A DNA stretch of 59,882 nt from Candidatus Shapirobacteria bacterium (GTDB taxonomy: Bacteria > Patescibacteriota > Microgenomatia > 0-14-0-10-38-17): assembly GCA_028695445.1 (NCBI GenBank), contig JAQVIV010000002.1:1-59882 (forward strand), given 5' to 3'. The position numbers and the translations under genes are program-made. Within the stretch, counting starts at the first letter, position 1, and the number at the start of each line of letters is the position of its first letter. Under the pieces are notes generated by a model. That model saw only the letters and a program-made list of their open reading frames with translations. It was not told where the DNA came from and ran no database searches. Shown piece after piece: positions 23,046 through 31,777 of the stretch.

Positions 23046-24371
23046 TCACGCTATGGCTTTCCGGTGGGCATTAATGTGTTCGGTTTTTTCCCAGAAACCA
23101 ATCCCCGCCAAGTGTCTTTTCATGGCTCTTAGAGTTGAGAAGGAAATAACAAATTGATAAGGGAAGAAGAAAACTAAAAATTTCAAATAAACCAAGGGTG
23201 AAAATTTTATTTGGTAGTTTTTATTTAATTCATAGAGGCCAATTAAGGAGATGGCCAATTGGGTTAGGAAAAAGTAACCGGGAAGGTAAGAAAAAAGAGC
23301 CAACCCCAAAGGGATTTTAGTAAAGAAAGCTAAGAAGGGAGTGATTAAGAGCCAGCAAGAATTGAAAATTTGCATGAAAGGATAAGTCATTTGGTATAGG
23401 ATGATGGCTTTTTGGCGGCCACTGTTAAGATATTTCCAATTGCCCTTTAATAAAACTTGGAAAAAACCCTGGTGCCAGCGAGTTCGCTGGCGGATAAAGC
23501 CGGGCAGGTCGGGTGGAGTTTCTTCTCTGGTGGCCATTTGCTCATCATAAATAACGGCGGTTTTTTTACCCAAAGACGACAAGCGGACACCAATTTCGGC
23601 ATCTTCCGTTAAGCAGTCCTCATCCCAGCCGGCGGCCGCCCTGACAATATCTTTTTTAAAAAAGACCGTATTACCCCCTAAGGGGTTAGCCCCCCAGGAA
23701 GAGAAAAAGGGCAAGACTGATTTGAACCAAAAATAATACTCTAGGCAATTGTGGGGAGAATACCAGTGGGAATCAACATTAACTAGTTGAACCCCCGATT
23801 GGACAATGTCAACTTTTTTTTCTTGAAAAGTGGTATTGACGGCACTTAGGATATTTGGGTGAGGCTCGTCTTCGGCGTCAAAGATGCCGACAATGTCCCC
23901 TTGGGCGTATTCTAGGGCGGCATTCAAGCCTTGAGGTTTGGAATTGGGGAAATTTTCCCAAACCAAAAGATTGAAAGTAGGGGGAAGATGGCTTAAGGAT
24001 TCTAAGATTTTGCCGACGGTTTTAGTATCGTCATCTCGGGCGGTAATTAGAATTTCATATTTGTCGCGAGGGTAATTAATCTTTTTCATGGCCGAAAGGG
24101 TTTGGGCAATAACGCTTTCTTCATTTCTAACCGGCAAGATTAAGGAAAAAGATAGCTGGTTTTTAGAAAATTTTTGAGGCGGAGAAACTTTTTTTAAATT
24201 TTCGGGCTTTAACCAAGAAGAAAGCATGGAATAAGTGGCAAAAGCTCCCTGACAAAGGAGAAAGATGGTGACTAAAAATAAAAAAGAAGCAAAAAGACTA
24301 TGGGTGTTGGCCAGCCAAAAAGAAATGGCAAAAAGCAAGAGGACTAGGCTGGTTAAAATAATTTTTTTCAT
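23046..24371 (-). CDS. processive family-2 glycosyltransferase (BcsA/chitin-synthase-like motifs)
   Basis: ILPVRNEE, FDAEDEP (DxD), CLTEDAE (TED) and QRTRWHQG (QxxRW) motifs, with TM helices at both ends. ATG 24371 is preferred over the longer track ORF. Confidence 0.85.
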   Translation of the reverse strand: MKKIILTSLVLLLFAISFWLANTHSLFASFLFLVTIFLLCQGAFATYSMLSSWLKPENLKKVSPPQKFSKNQLSFSLILPVRNEESVIAQTLSAMKKINYPRDKYEILITARDDDTKTVGKILESLSHLPPTFNLLVWENFPNSKPQGLNAALEYAQGDIVGIFDAEDEPHPNILSAVNTTFQEKKVDIVQSGVQLVNVDSHWYSPHNCLEYYFWFKSVLPFFSSWGANPLGGNTVFFKKDIVRAAAGWDEDCLTEDAEIGVRLSSLGKKTAVIYDEQMATREETPPDLPGFIRQRTRWHQGFFQVLLKGNWKYLNSGRQKAIILYQMTYPFMQIFNSCWLLITPFLAFFTKIPLGLALFSYLPGYFFLTQLAISLIGLYELNKNYQIKFSPLVYLKFLVFFFPYQFVISFSTLRAMKRHLAGIGFWEKTEHINAHRKAIA

Positions 24372-24530
24372 AAAACATTTGTTATTTTTTTTGGTTGGCG
24401 GTAAGTAAGGGCGGGGGGAGCAGAAAGCAAAAGCTTTCAAGAAAGAAAATCATCGGTAAAGATGAAGTCTTTTTTGAAAAGCTGTCTGCTTTCCGCTTGA
24501 TCCCCCCTCCTTGGGCCGAAAGAAAAATGG

Positions 24531-25106
24531 CTATTCCTGCTGAAGAAGAATGGGAAATTCCCAGCCTTCCTCAAGTCTTTCATCGTCATGCTCGTAGAGC
24601 ACGGCGATGACGGCGATGGTGTCGGTGTTGGGGCTGTCCTCGGTAAGACAGAAAAACCAAGCCTTTTTGGCCTGATCGTTCCACCAATCCTTTGGGCGGC
24701 CGCCATACTCGTCTTGCAAGGAAAAGAACCTCGATCCCGGTCCGGGGTTGCAGATCAAGAGGTGATCTCTTGTTGCCCCCTTTTCCCAGGAAACTCCGTT
24801 GGCTTCTTGCCAGGTTTGGTCACGTTCAAAAACGGCGCACCAGCCTTCAGCCAGAAGCAGTCCGGATGCGTTGCTCCAGACACCCTCGGGGGCGTCTTTT
24901 TCGAGATCGACGTAGATGGTTTGACATCCGGTACAGTCTGTTTCGATCGGGACCTCGACGATCTTTTCGGTCTCAATCGGGACCTCGACGATCTTTTCGA
25001 CCTCGCGTGGCCAAAAGTACCGAACGCCAAGGGCGACGATGACGATGATCGCGATCCAAACGAACGCTCCCAAGACCCAATGCCACCATGGATGCTCTCT
25101 GTACAT
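24531..25106 (-). CDS. hypothetical membrane-anchored protein in a high-GC patch
   Basis: 191 aa. SD aaaggag lies upstream. N-terminal TM (WVLGAFVWIAIIVIVALGV). Tandem EKIVEVPIET x2. Trp-rich C-terminal domain. It runs in the same direction as its neighbours. Confidence 0.65.
   Translation of the reverse strand: MYREHPWWHWVLGAFVWIAIIVIVALGVRYFWPREVEKIVEVPIETEKIVEVPIETDCTGCQTIYVDLEKDAPEGVWSNASGLLLAEGWCAVFERDQTWQEANGVSWEKGATRDHLLICNPGPGSRFFSLQDEYGGRPKDWWNDQAKKAWFFCLTEDSPNTDTIAVIAVLYEHDDERLEEGWEFPILLQQE
24946..24999. repeat. 30-nt-period tandem repeat inside the 191-aa gene
   Basis: atcgggacctcgacgatcttttcg occurs at 24946-24969 and again at 24976-24999. Confidence 0.9.
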
Positions 25107-25120
25107 GTTTCTCCTTTCAT

Positions 25121-25178
25121 AATTCTTTCGGCCCCAGGAAAGGTGAAGGTTTTCACTCCTCTTGGGGACGAAAGAATT
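25121..25178 (-). promoter_or_regulatory. long hairpin immediately 5' of the SD of the 191-aa gene
   Basis: aattctttcg (25121-25130) pairs with cgaaagaatt (25169-25178). Inner pairing is ccccag/cttgggg. The 13-mer aattctttcggcc recurs at 25192-25204. Confidence 0.4.
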
Positions 25179-25328
25179 TTTAGAGAAAAATAATTCTTTC
25201 GGCCTATCAAAGTACGGTTAAAAACAAAACCTCTCAAGCTAACAAGAGACCGTTTTTAACTTGAGCCTATTTTAGCAAAGAAACACCCAATAATCAATTG
25301 TTATGGGATATTATTTAATATAATAAAG

Positions 25329-26837
25329 TTATTCGAAGTAGAGGTTGTCAAGCCAGAAGGGGATGGAATTATTTTTAGGATTTTTAATAAGTAGACCGGA
25401 GACTGGCTTATTATCAGAATTAAGAATTGATAGAGGGATATCAACTTGATACCAGCCGCTGTTTTTGGCTTGGCCAAATTGCTCGATAGCCTGTTCTGCT
25501 AGTTGTTTACCCTGATCGTCAACCAGACCAACGGTAAAGCCGGTTAAGGAGGGGGTGTTAATTTGTAAGACAAGATTCTGGTGGGGGTCTAGCCGATGAG
25601 GCAGATAGGAAGATAAATAAAAGGCTCCATACTTTTCATTAAAAGAAACCTTAATAGATTTTTGACTTGAATTGGGCTCTTTTTGGTCGACCAGGTTTAT
25701 TTCGGCATCCCAGGAAAGATCGCGAAAGTTGTTTTCCAAATAATCCGAATAGATGATTAGCTTTTTATCAATGTATTTTGGCTCTAGTTCGTTTTGATTG
25801 ATTGTCAGCGGCAAGCTTAGGGAATCTTTAACAATTTGGCCATAGGTCGAGGATTGGTAAGTTTGGTGATCGGATAGCAAGCAAGGACAGCCCACTGAAT
25901 GGAAATTCCAAGCTGTCCAACCCAAAGAAAACCGGTTGGCCAATGAGAGTAGCTCCCCAACCGACTCTTGACTCATTGGCGGGTAACCATCAGCGCCGAA
26001 TTCGCCCAAAAAAACCGGATAAAAACGGGCAATTTGACCAAAAATTGCCTCAAATTCGCCAGCCTTATTATAAGGGTTGGTTCGGTAAACAATGTTTTTG
26101 TAGGGCAGAGGGTTGTCAAGATAAGAATTAATTTCTCGGCCCCAGCCGGTTCCGGTAACCATAATTAAGCTCTTAGGATGAACTTGGCGAATAGCCTCAA
26201 TTAATTTTTGATTAGCTTCCCAAACTTGGGTTCTGCTAACATCATGTGGTTCGGCCAAAACATCATAAATAATGGTCGGATCGTCTTGGTAGTGTCGGGC
26301 AATTTCCTGCCAGAAAATGAAGGTCTGATCATTTGGTAGGGGTTCGTTTTTGCCTATCCAGGGGTTTAAGATGACATAGGCGCCTTTTTCTCGGGCCGGA
26401 CCAATAATTGTTTTTTCCATTAAAGCAAAAAAACTTTCCGGGTTAGCAAAGTAGTCGTCTTGATAAACTCGGGTGCGAATAACATTAGCTTTCCAATCGT
26501 CAATGGCAATCTTAACCGCTTTGGGAAACCAATCGTGATAACCCCAAGAGACACTGGATAAATTAACACCTCGCAAAACAACCGGAACGCCGTCTTCGTT
26601 AATAATGAATCGCCCTGAGGTTGACAGCCAAGGCAATTGATTTTCTTCTTTTTGTTTTGGCGAAGCCTCTTTTAGAAAAGGGTTTGTCCAATAAGATTGG
26701 GGCCAATTGCTTCTCAGTATTAAACCGGCAATTATTAGCAGCGGCAAAAAGTAGATTATCGACAAACCAACCCTTTTTGGTCTCAATAATTTTAGCCTTT
26801 TTTTTGTTTTAGGGGTCGGCTTTTTAAAAATCATCAA
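25329..26837 (-). CDS. glycoside hydrolase family 5 (cellulase-like), membrane-anchored, with extra C-terminal domain
   Basis: N-terminal TM. IIYDVLAEPH (acid/base Glu region) and VFLGEFGADG (nucleophile Glu) motifs. A C-terminal segment of about 150 aa is of unknown fold. Confidence 0.8.
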   Translation of the reverse strand: MMIFKKPTPKTKKRLKLLRPKRVGLSIIYFLPLLIIAGLILRSNWPQSYWTNPFLKEASPKQKEENQLPWLSTSGRFIINEDGVPVVLRGVNLSSVSWGYHDWFPKAVKIAIDDWKANVIRTRVYQDDYFANPESFFALMEKTIIGPAREKGAYVILNPWIGKNEPLPNDQTFIFWQEIARHYQDDPTIIYDVLAEPHDVSRTQVWEANQKLIEAIRQVHPKSLIMVTGTGWGREINSYLDNPLPYKNIVYRTNPYNKAGEFEAIFGQIARFYPVFLGEFGADGYPPMSQESVGELLSLANRFSLGWTAWNFHSVGCPCLLSDHQTYQSSTYGQIVKDSLSLPLTINQNELEPKYIDKKLIIYSDYLENNFRDLSWDAEINLVDQKEPNSSQKSIKVSFNEKYGAFYLSSYLPHRLDPHQNLVLQINTPSLTGFTVGLVDDQGKQLAEQAIEQFGQAKNSGWYQVDIPLSILNSDNKPVSGLLIKNPKNNSIPFWLDNLYFE

Positions 26838-26929
26838 AGAGATTAACGGGAAATTATTTCTTGTTATTATAACAAAAAAGAGGCGGTTTACCCGTTTTTA
26901 AAGTGATATCTTATATTAAAGTGAAGAAA

Positions 26930-29059
26930 TTATCTTTTTTTACCAAAACGTTGTCGTGAGACTTTAACAACCTTATCTTTGCCTTGGTTGGCGCAATTTG
27001 GCAGGGGGAGAGTATAGGCAAGGAAGGGGATGGAGGTGCGGCCGTTAATGGCCAGCTTGGTTAGGATTTGGAATCGATCCAGGGAAATTAAATCGTTTTC
27101 ATCGTAATTATCGGCTACTTCTCGGGCTAAAACTTGGGCATCTTGATTGCCGACAATAAAGGAAGCCAACGAACCAATGTTGCCAAAAATAGCGCTTTGA
27201 ACAGATTCGTCGAGTTGGGCCATATATTGGTTGGCCAAAGTTAGGTTAAGACGGTATTTTCTGGCCTCAGATAAAATTTTAATAAAAGAAGTGGTGGCAA
27301 AGTTTTGGAATTCGTCAACGAAAAGATAAAAGTCGCGTCGGGACTCTTCGGGAACATTGACTCGGTTCATGGCGGCCAGTTGGATTTGGGTAATTAACAT
27401 TGCCCCCAAAAGAGCGGAATTATCTTCCCCTAGCTTGCCGGCTGATAAATCGGCTAATAAGATTTTTCCCTCATTCATGATTTCTTCGAGATTAACCCTG
27501 GATTGGGGCCAGCGGATAATTTCCCGAATTGAAGGGGAAGAAACAAATTGGCCAACCTTGTTTAAGATTGGCGAAATAGCTTCTTGTTGAAGGCGATCAG
27601 GCATTTTTTCATACTCGTTTTGCCAAAAAGAAATCAAAGAGGGATTATCAAGCTCTTTGACAATGTTGTTTCGATAGCTCCTTTTGGTTAAGATATCAAT
27701 AACATTAACCAGAGTGGTGTTGGGTACCTCAACCAAAGTTAGAAGGGTATTTCTGAAAATGTGTTCCAGTCTTGGTCCCCAGGAATAACTGTAAAGTTTA
27801 TAAAAAATTGCCAAAATTGACGAGGCGACTAGTTCTTTTTGCTCTTTATTGGTGACTTCTAGAGGGTTAAGCGGGTAAGTATATTCTTTGTCAGCCGGAT
27901 TAAAATAACAAACATCATTAACGCGATGGGAGGGAATGTAGTTTAGCAAGATTTCGATTAAGTCGCCGTGAGGATCAATTACCGCTACCCCTTCGCCTTT
28001 TCTAATGTCGGAAATAGCCATGTTGGCAATTAGGGTCGATTTGCCGGTGCCGGTTTTTCCAATAGTGTAGAAGTGGAGTCTTCGGTCAGCTCTTTTAATA
28101 CCAAAATTAGCCACTTGGTTTTTATATTCGGTTCGGGCGAAAAAACAGGTATCTTTTTTTTCTTTCTCAGTTAGATTCTGGGCTACCGGCAGATCGTCAG
28201 GGGCTTCAGTAATGATAGTTCTTCCCCAGGCGATGTTGGGTAGAGTAACTTTTTCTCCCGGCAGATGATAAAGGGTAGCGGTTTCAGCTAAATTAAGAAT
28301 AGTCTTTCGACTTGGCTGGTGACCAATAATAGCAGAAAAAATTTTTTTCTTGTTTAAGAAATTGGGTTTTTTACCTGTCAGGCTGTTGCCCTTAGGATTA
28401 GTAAAAATTTCGAAACTGCCCAATAATTCATTTAGGGTGGTGCTATCGGAAGCCAAAAGGCTGATAGAGACAGACAACAGCCCCTTGGCAACTTTTTTTT
28501 CGAATAAGACCTGGTCGGGGTGGGCGTGATAGTTGCCGTCTTCATCTTTGATACCGGTTAAAATTTTGTGATTGATTTTTTTGGCCGCTCCCTTGGCTTG
28601 GCCGGAGACGATTAGTTGATAAACAGCCCAAGCTTTGGGGTCTTTTATTTTTGCTAAAGTGGCTAAAATTGATGATAGGGCATCAGTGTCGGTAAAATCT
28701 TCGGCGGTTTTTAGTGGATAGTAGTAAGAGTCGGATAAGTCCAACTGACAAAAAGTGGCTCGGCTAAGATTGGGAAGAGGCAGAATGGGGTTTTTGTGTA
28801 GAGAAATTAAACAATCGGGGTATTGAGCCAGAATTTGGCTTTGGGTGAAATTAATTTTTTCTTGAGGGACGCCAAAGAAAAAATTAATTTTTTGGTTCTG
28901 GGAGATAATATTGAGACCCAAGAGGGGCTTAGGGTGGGAGAATAATCTTTGGCCGCCAGTTTTAGTTAAATTAGCCAGCAGTGACTCCATTTGTTCGGTT
29001 GTGTAGGCATTGTTTTTGGGGACCTTTATTTCCAGAAAAGATAGTTGATTGTTGGTCAT
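26930..29059 (-). CDS. TraD/VirD4/HerA-like P-loop ATPase (FtsK-HerA superfamily), no TM segment seen
   Basis: Walker A IGKTGTGKST, Walker B FYLFVDEFQNF, then LANQY... The first ~330 aa show no recognisable motif. Confidence 0.7.
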   Translation of the reverse strand: MTNNQLSFLEIKVPKNNAYTTEQMESLLANLTKTGGQRLFSHPKPLLGLNIISQNQKINFFFGVPQEKINFTQSQILAQYPDCLISLHKNPILPLPNLSRATFCQLDLSDSYYYPLKTAEDFTDTDALSSILATLAKIKDPKAWAVYQLIVSGQAKGAAKKINHKILTGIKDEDGNYHAHPDQVLFEKKVAKGLLSVSISLLASDSTTLNELLGSFEIFTNPKGNSLTGKKPNFLNKKKIFSAIIGHQPSRKTILNLAETATLYHLPGEKVTLPNIAWGRTIITEAPDDLPVAQNLTEKEKKDTCFFARTEYKNQVANFGIKRADRRLHFYTIGKTGTGKSTLIANMAISDIRKGEGVAVIDPHGDLIEILLNYIPSHRVNDVCYFNPADKEYTYPLNPLEVTNKEQKELVASSILAIFYKLYSYSWGPRLEHIFRNTLLTLVEVPNTTLVNVIDILTKRSYRNNIVKELDNPSLISFWQNEYEKMPDRLQQEAISPILNKVGQFVSSPSIREIIRWPQSRVNLEEIMNEGKILLADLSAGKLGEDNSALLGAMLITQIQLAAMNRVNVPEESRRDFYLFVDEFQNFATTSFIKILSEARKYRLNLTLANQYMAQLDESVQSAIFGNIGSLASFIVGNQDAQVLAREVADNYDENDLISLDRFQILTKLAINGRTSIPFLAYTLPLPNCANQGKDKVVKVSRQRFGKKR

Positions 29060-29060
29060 A

Positions 29061-29447
29061 TTATTTTTTATTGGTTAATTTTTTAGCCAAGACAAGAAAG
29101 TCTTTCTTGTTAATCGGGGGGTGATTTTGATATCGAGGAATGATGTGAAAGTGGAAATGGTTAATGGTTTGGCCGGCAAAAGCTCCATTATTTTGGCAAA
29201 TGTTAAAGCCGTCAGGTTTTAGCTGTTTATTAATGTTTTGGGCGACTTTTTGAAGGCTTTGGACAACATCGGCCAAAAGGCCGGCCGGAATATCTAAAAG
29301 GCTGGTAAAATGTTCTCTGGGGATAACTAAGGTATGGCCAGCGCTTTTGGGTTGGCTGTCTAGAAAGGCGATGGTTTTATCATCCCGATGGACAATTTGG
29401 GCCGGTATTTTACCTTTAGCGATCTGACAAAAAATACACGTTTTCAT
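29061..29447 (-). CDS. HIT family (histidine triad) protein
   Basis: CIFCQI, HTLVIP and the HFHFHIIPR triad. Confidence 0.93.
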   Translation of the reverse strand: MKTCIFCQIAKGKIPAQIVHRDDKTIAFLDSQPKSAGHTLVIPREHFTSLLDIPAGLLADVVQSLQKVAQNINKQLKPDGFNICQNNGAFAGQTINHFHFHIIPRYQNHPPINKKDFLVLAKKLTNKK

Positions 29448-29461
29448 TTTTGGTTAATTAG

Positions 29462-29749
29462 CTAATGCTGGCTTCTATCAAGAGCTGTTTTTAGGCCCTT
29501 TTTGAGATCTTTTACCAAACAACCCAATCGAATAGCTAATTTTTTTTCGGTATTGTCCATGTTTGGCCAATTAAGATCAATCGACTCCAAAAGAACGTCT
29601 TCGACTTCTTCCTGAAAGCCGATTAAGTTTTCTTTGGCTTCTTCTTGTTCGATTAAGAGCTTAATTTTTTCCCAGGAGTCTGGATTGTCTCTTGTTGGGA
29701 GGGGGGTTTGGGATAAAGCTGGTTTTGTTTTTTTAACCGATTGCCCCAT
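29462..29749 (-). CDS. hypothetical acidic protein
   Basis: The track ORF (to 29845) overlaps tRNA-Pro. The internal ATG at 29749 (MGQSVKK...) avoids that overlap. Confidence 0.45.
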   Translation of the reverse strand: MGQSVKKTKPALSQTPLPTRDNPDSWEKIKLLIEQEEAKENLIGFQEEVEDVLLESIDLNWPNMDNTEKKLAIRLGCLVKDLKKGLKTALDRSQH

Positions 29750-29805
29750 TCTGTCAACGATTGTATCAACAATATTACCTTCGGGCAAGAAGGGTGGGCT
29801 TGTCT

Positions 29806-29882
29806 TGGTCGGGGATGCCGGACTCGAACCGGCGGCCTCACGCACCCCATGCGCGCGCGCTAGCCATCTGCGCTAATCCCCG
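29806..29882 (-). tRNA. tRNA-Pro (GGG) with encoded CCA
   Basis: Reverse complement: CGGGGAT-TA-GCGC-AGATGGCTA-GCGC-G-CGCGC-ATGGGGT-GCGTG-AGGCC-GCCGG-TTCGAGT-CCGGC-ATCCCCG-A-CCA. Confidence 0.88.
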
Positions 29883-29961
29883 AATAGCTTTATTCTAGCA
29901 CAAGAGGGAGTTTTTTTTGGCTTGTCTTTTATAAATGTTTATGCCAAAATAAAAGACGATC

Positions 29962-30966
29962 ATGACCAAAAACAAAAAGACATCTTCTTCTCCTCGCCTG
30001 GAGGCGGTAAAATTGGCAATGGAGCAAATTCAAAAGCAGTACGGTCAAGGGGCGATTATGAAAATGGGCGAAAACCAGGTTGCTAAAAATATCCCCGTAA
30101 TTCCCACCGGTTGTTTATCTTTAGACCAGGCTCTAGGAGTGGGGGGAATTCCCAAAGGGCGAATTACCGAAATTTATGGACCTGAAGCTTCTGGCAAAAC
30201 CACTCTTTGTTTACACATTATTGCCGAAGCCCAGAAACAAAAGGGAGTAGCCGCTTTTGTGGATGTTGAGCATGCCCTGGACCCCTCAAGGGCAAAAGAT
30301 ATTGGGGTGGATATTGATGAACTATTAATTTCTCAACCGGACACCGGTGAACAAGCCTTGGAAATTGTGGAAACTTTAGTTCGCTCCGGTGGGGTAGATG
30401 TGGTGGTTTTAGACTCGGTGGCCGCCTTGGTGCCGCGAGCGGAAATTGAAGGCGAGATGGGTGATGCCCAGGTTGGGGTTCAAGCCAGGCTGATGAGCCA
30501 GGCCTTGAGAAAATTAACCGGGGCAATTTCTAAATCTCACACGGCAGTAATTTTTACCAATCAAATTCGTCATAAAATTGGAGTGATGTTTGGCAACCCG
30601 GAAACCACCTCTGGCGGCTTGGCCTTAAAATTTTATTCTTCGGTTAGAATTGACATTAGAAAGATCGGTACGATTAAAGAGGGCGATGAGGTTATTGGTT
30701 CTCATCATCGAGCCAGGATTAAGAAAAATAAAGTGGCTCCGCCCTTTCGAGAAGCGGAGTTTGACATTATGAATAAGGGGGGCATATCTGTTTCTGGGGA
30801 CGTTTTGGACTTGGCGGTTGCCCTGGATCTGGTAGAAAAATCGGGCGCTTTTTATAAACGGGACGGAGAAGTTTTGGCCCAGGGAAGAGAAGCAACCAAA
30901 AAATATTTGGAAGATAATCCTAAAGTTATGATGGAAATTGTCACGGCGATTAAAAAGGCTTCTTAA
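29962..30966 (+). CDS. recA: recombinase RecA
   Basis: [29 protein letters not shown] and IFTNQIR motifs. Confidence 0.98.
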   Translation: MTKNKKTSSSPRLEAVKLAMEQIQKQYGQGAIMKMGENQVAKNIPVIPTGCLSLDQALGVGGIPKGRITEIYGPEASGKTTLCLHIIAEAQKQKGVAAFVDVEHALDPSRAKDIGVDIDELLISQPDTGEQALEIVETLVRSGGVDVVVLDSVAALVPRAEIEGEMGDAQVGVQARLMSQALRKLTGAISKSHTAVIFTNQIRHKIGVMFGNPETTSGGLALKFYSSVRIDIRKIGTIKEGDEVIGSHHRARIKKNKVAPPFREAEFDIMNKGGISVSGDVLDLAVALDLVEKSGAFYKRDGEVLAQGREATKKYLEDNPKVMMEIVTAIKKAS

Positions 30967-30978
30967 AAAAAGATTAAA

Positions 30979-31611
30979 GTGCCCAAAATTACCGCTTTGT
31001 CTTCCCAGAAAAATGACTCCAGCAGGGTTAGTCTTTATCTTGATGGCAAGTTTACCCTTGGCTTGAGTAAAGATTTGGCTTGCCGGGTCAAATTGGCGGT
31101 TGGCCAGGAGTTATCAACCCAAAAGATTGGTGAAATTAAAAATCAAGATCAGGAAGAAAAACATCTTGATTCGGTTTATCATTATCTTTCTTACCGGCCT
31201 CGATCAGAAAAAGAAGTTGTTGATTATTTAGGCAAAAAAGGAACTGAACCTGGAGCGATTGGCCGGATTGTTTTCCGGCTTAAAAAAGAAGGTTATCTTG
31301 ATGATCAAGAATTTGCTCGTTGGTGGGTGGATCAGCGTCGGCGATTTCGCCCTCGGAGCCGATATTTTTTGAAAGGCGAATTAATCAAAAAGGGGGTTGG
31401 GGTTGAGATTATTAATAGGGTTTTAGAAAATGTTGATGAATCGTCTTTGATAGAAAAAATAATCTTGGAGAGAAAAAACCGATTAGCCGATCTTGAGCCG
31501 AGTAGGGCCAAAGAGAAGCTAATTGCCTATTTATCCCGTCGGGGTTTTTCTTGGGAAAACATTAAATTAGGCCTGGAAAAAACCGCCCCTTTTTTGACTA
31601 AAAAGACTTGA
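30979..31611 (+). CDS. recX: regulatory protein RecX (GTG start)
   Basis: Lies immediately after recA. Three-helix repeats of the type YLSYRPRSEKEV..YL, plus DD.EFAR.WV. Confidence 0.8.
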   Translation: MPKITALSSQKNDSSRVSLYLDGKFTLGLSKDLACRVKLAVGQELSTQKIGEIKNQDQEEKHLDSVYHYLSYRPRSEKEVVDYLGKKGTEPGAIGRIVFRLKKEGYLDDQEFARWWVDQRRRFRPRSRYFLKGELIKKGVGVEIINRVLENVDESSLIEKIILERKNRLADLEPSRAKEKLIAYLSRRGFSWENIKLGLEKTAPFLTKKT

Positions 31612-31675
31612 GGGGTTACAATAGGGCTTAGTAAAAAACGTTTATGAAAGCGAGGAGAAAAGGCCACTGGTCTTC

Positions 31676-31777
31676 GTGTCAGCAATTGGCATCTTTTTGT
31701 TAAGCTTTTTGATTCTTCTTGTTTTTCAAAAAAAGCGTTTGTTAGACAAAGAGCAATTTCTTTATTTTTATGACTAA
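31676..31777 (+). pseudogene. RNase Y N-terminal membrane-anchor segment in a different frame from the body
   Basis: GTG-initiated VSAIGIFLLSFLILLVFQKKRLLDKEQFLYFYD*. It overlaps the rny ATG. Deleting one T from the T5 run (31765-31769) would fuse it in frame. Confidence 0.4.

Noticed and set aside
24588-25237. Three additional long ORFs in the high-GC patch: 24588-25193 (+), 24692-25042 (+) and 24755-25237 (-), plus 24437-24706 (-).
   Set aside because: High GC keeps several frames open. Only the 24531-25106 minus-strand ORF has an SD, a TM anchor and the operon's orientation. The others are Arg/Gly/Asp-rich nonsense.
29750-29845. N-terminal extension of the 29462-29845 ORF.
   Set aside because: It overlaps tRNA-Pro (29806-29882) on the same strand, so the internal ATG at 29749 is used.
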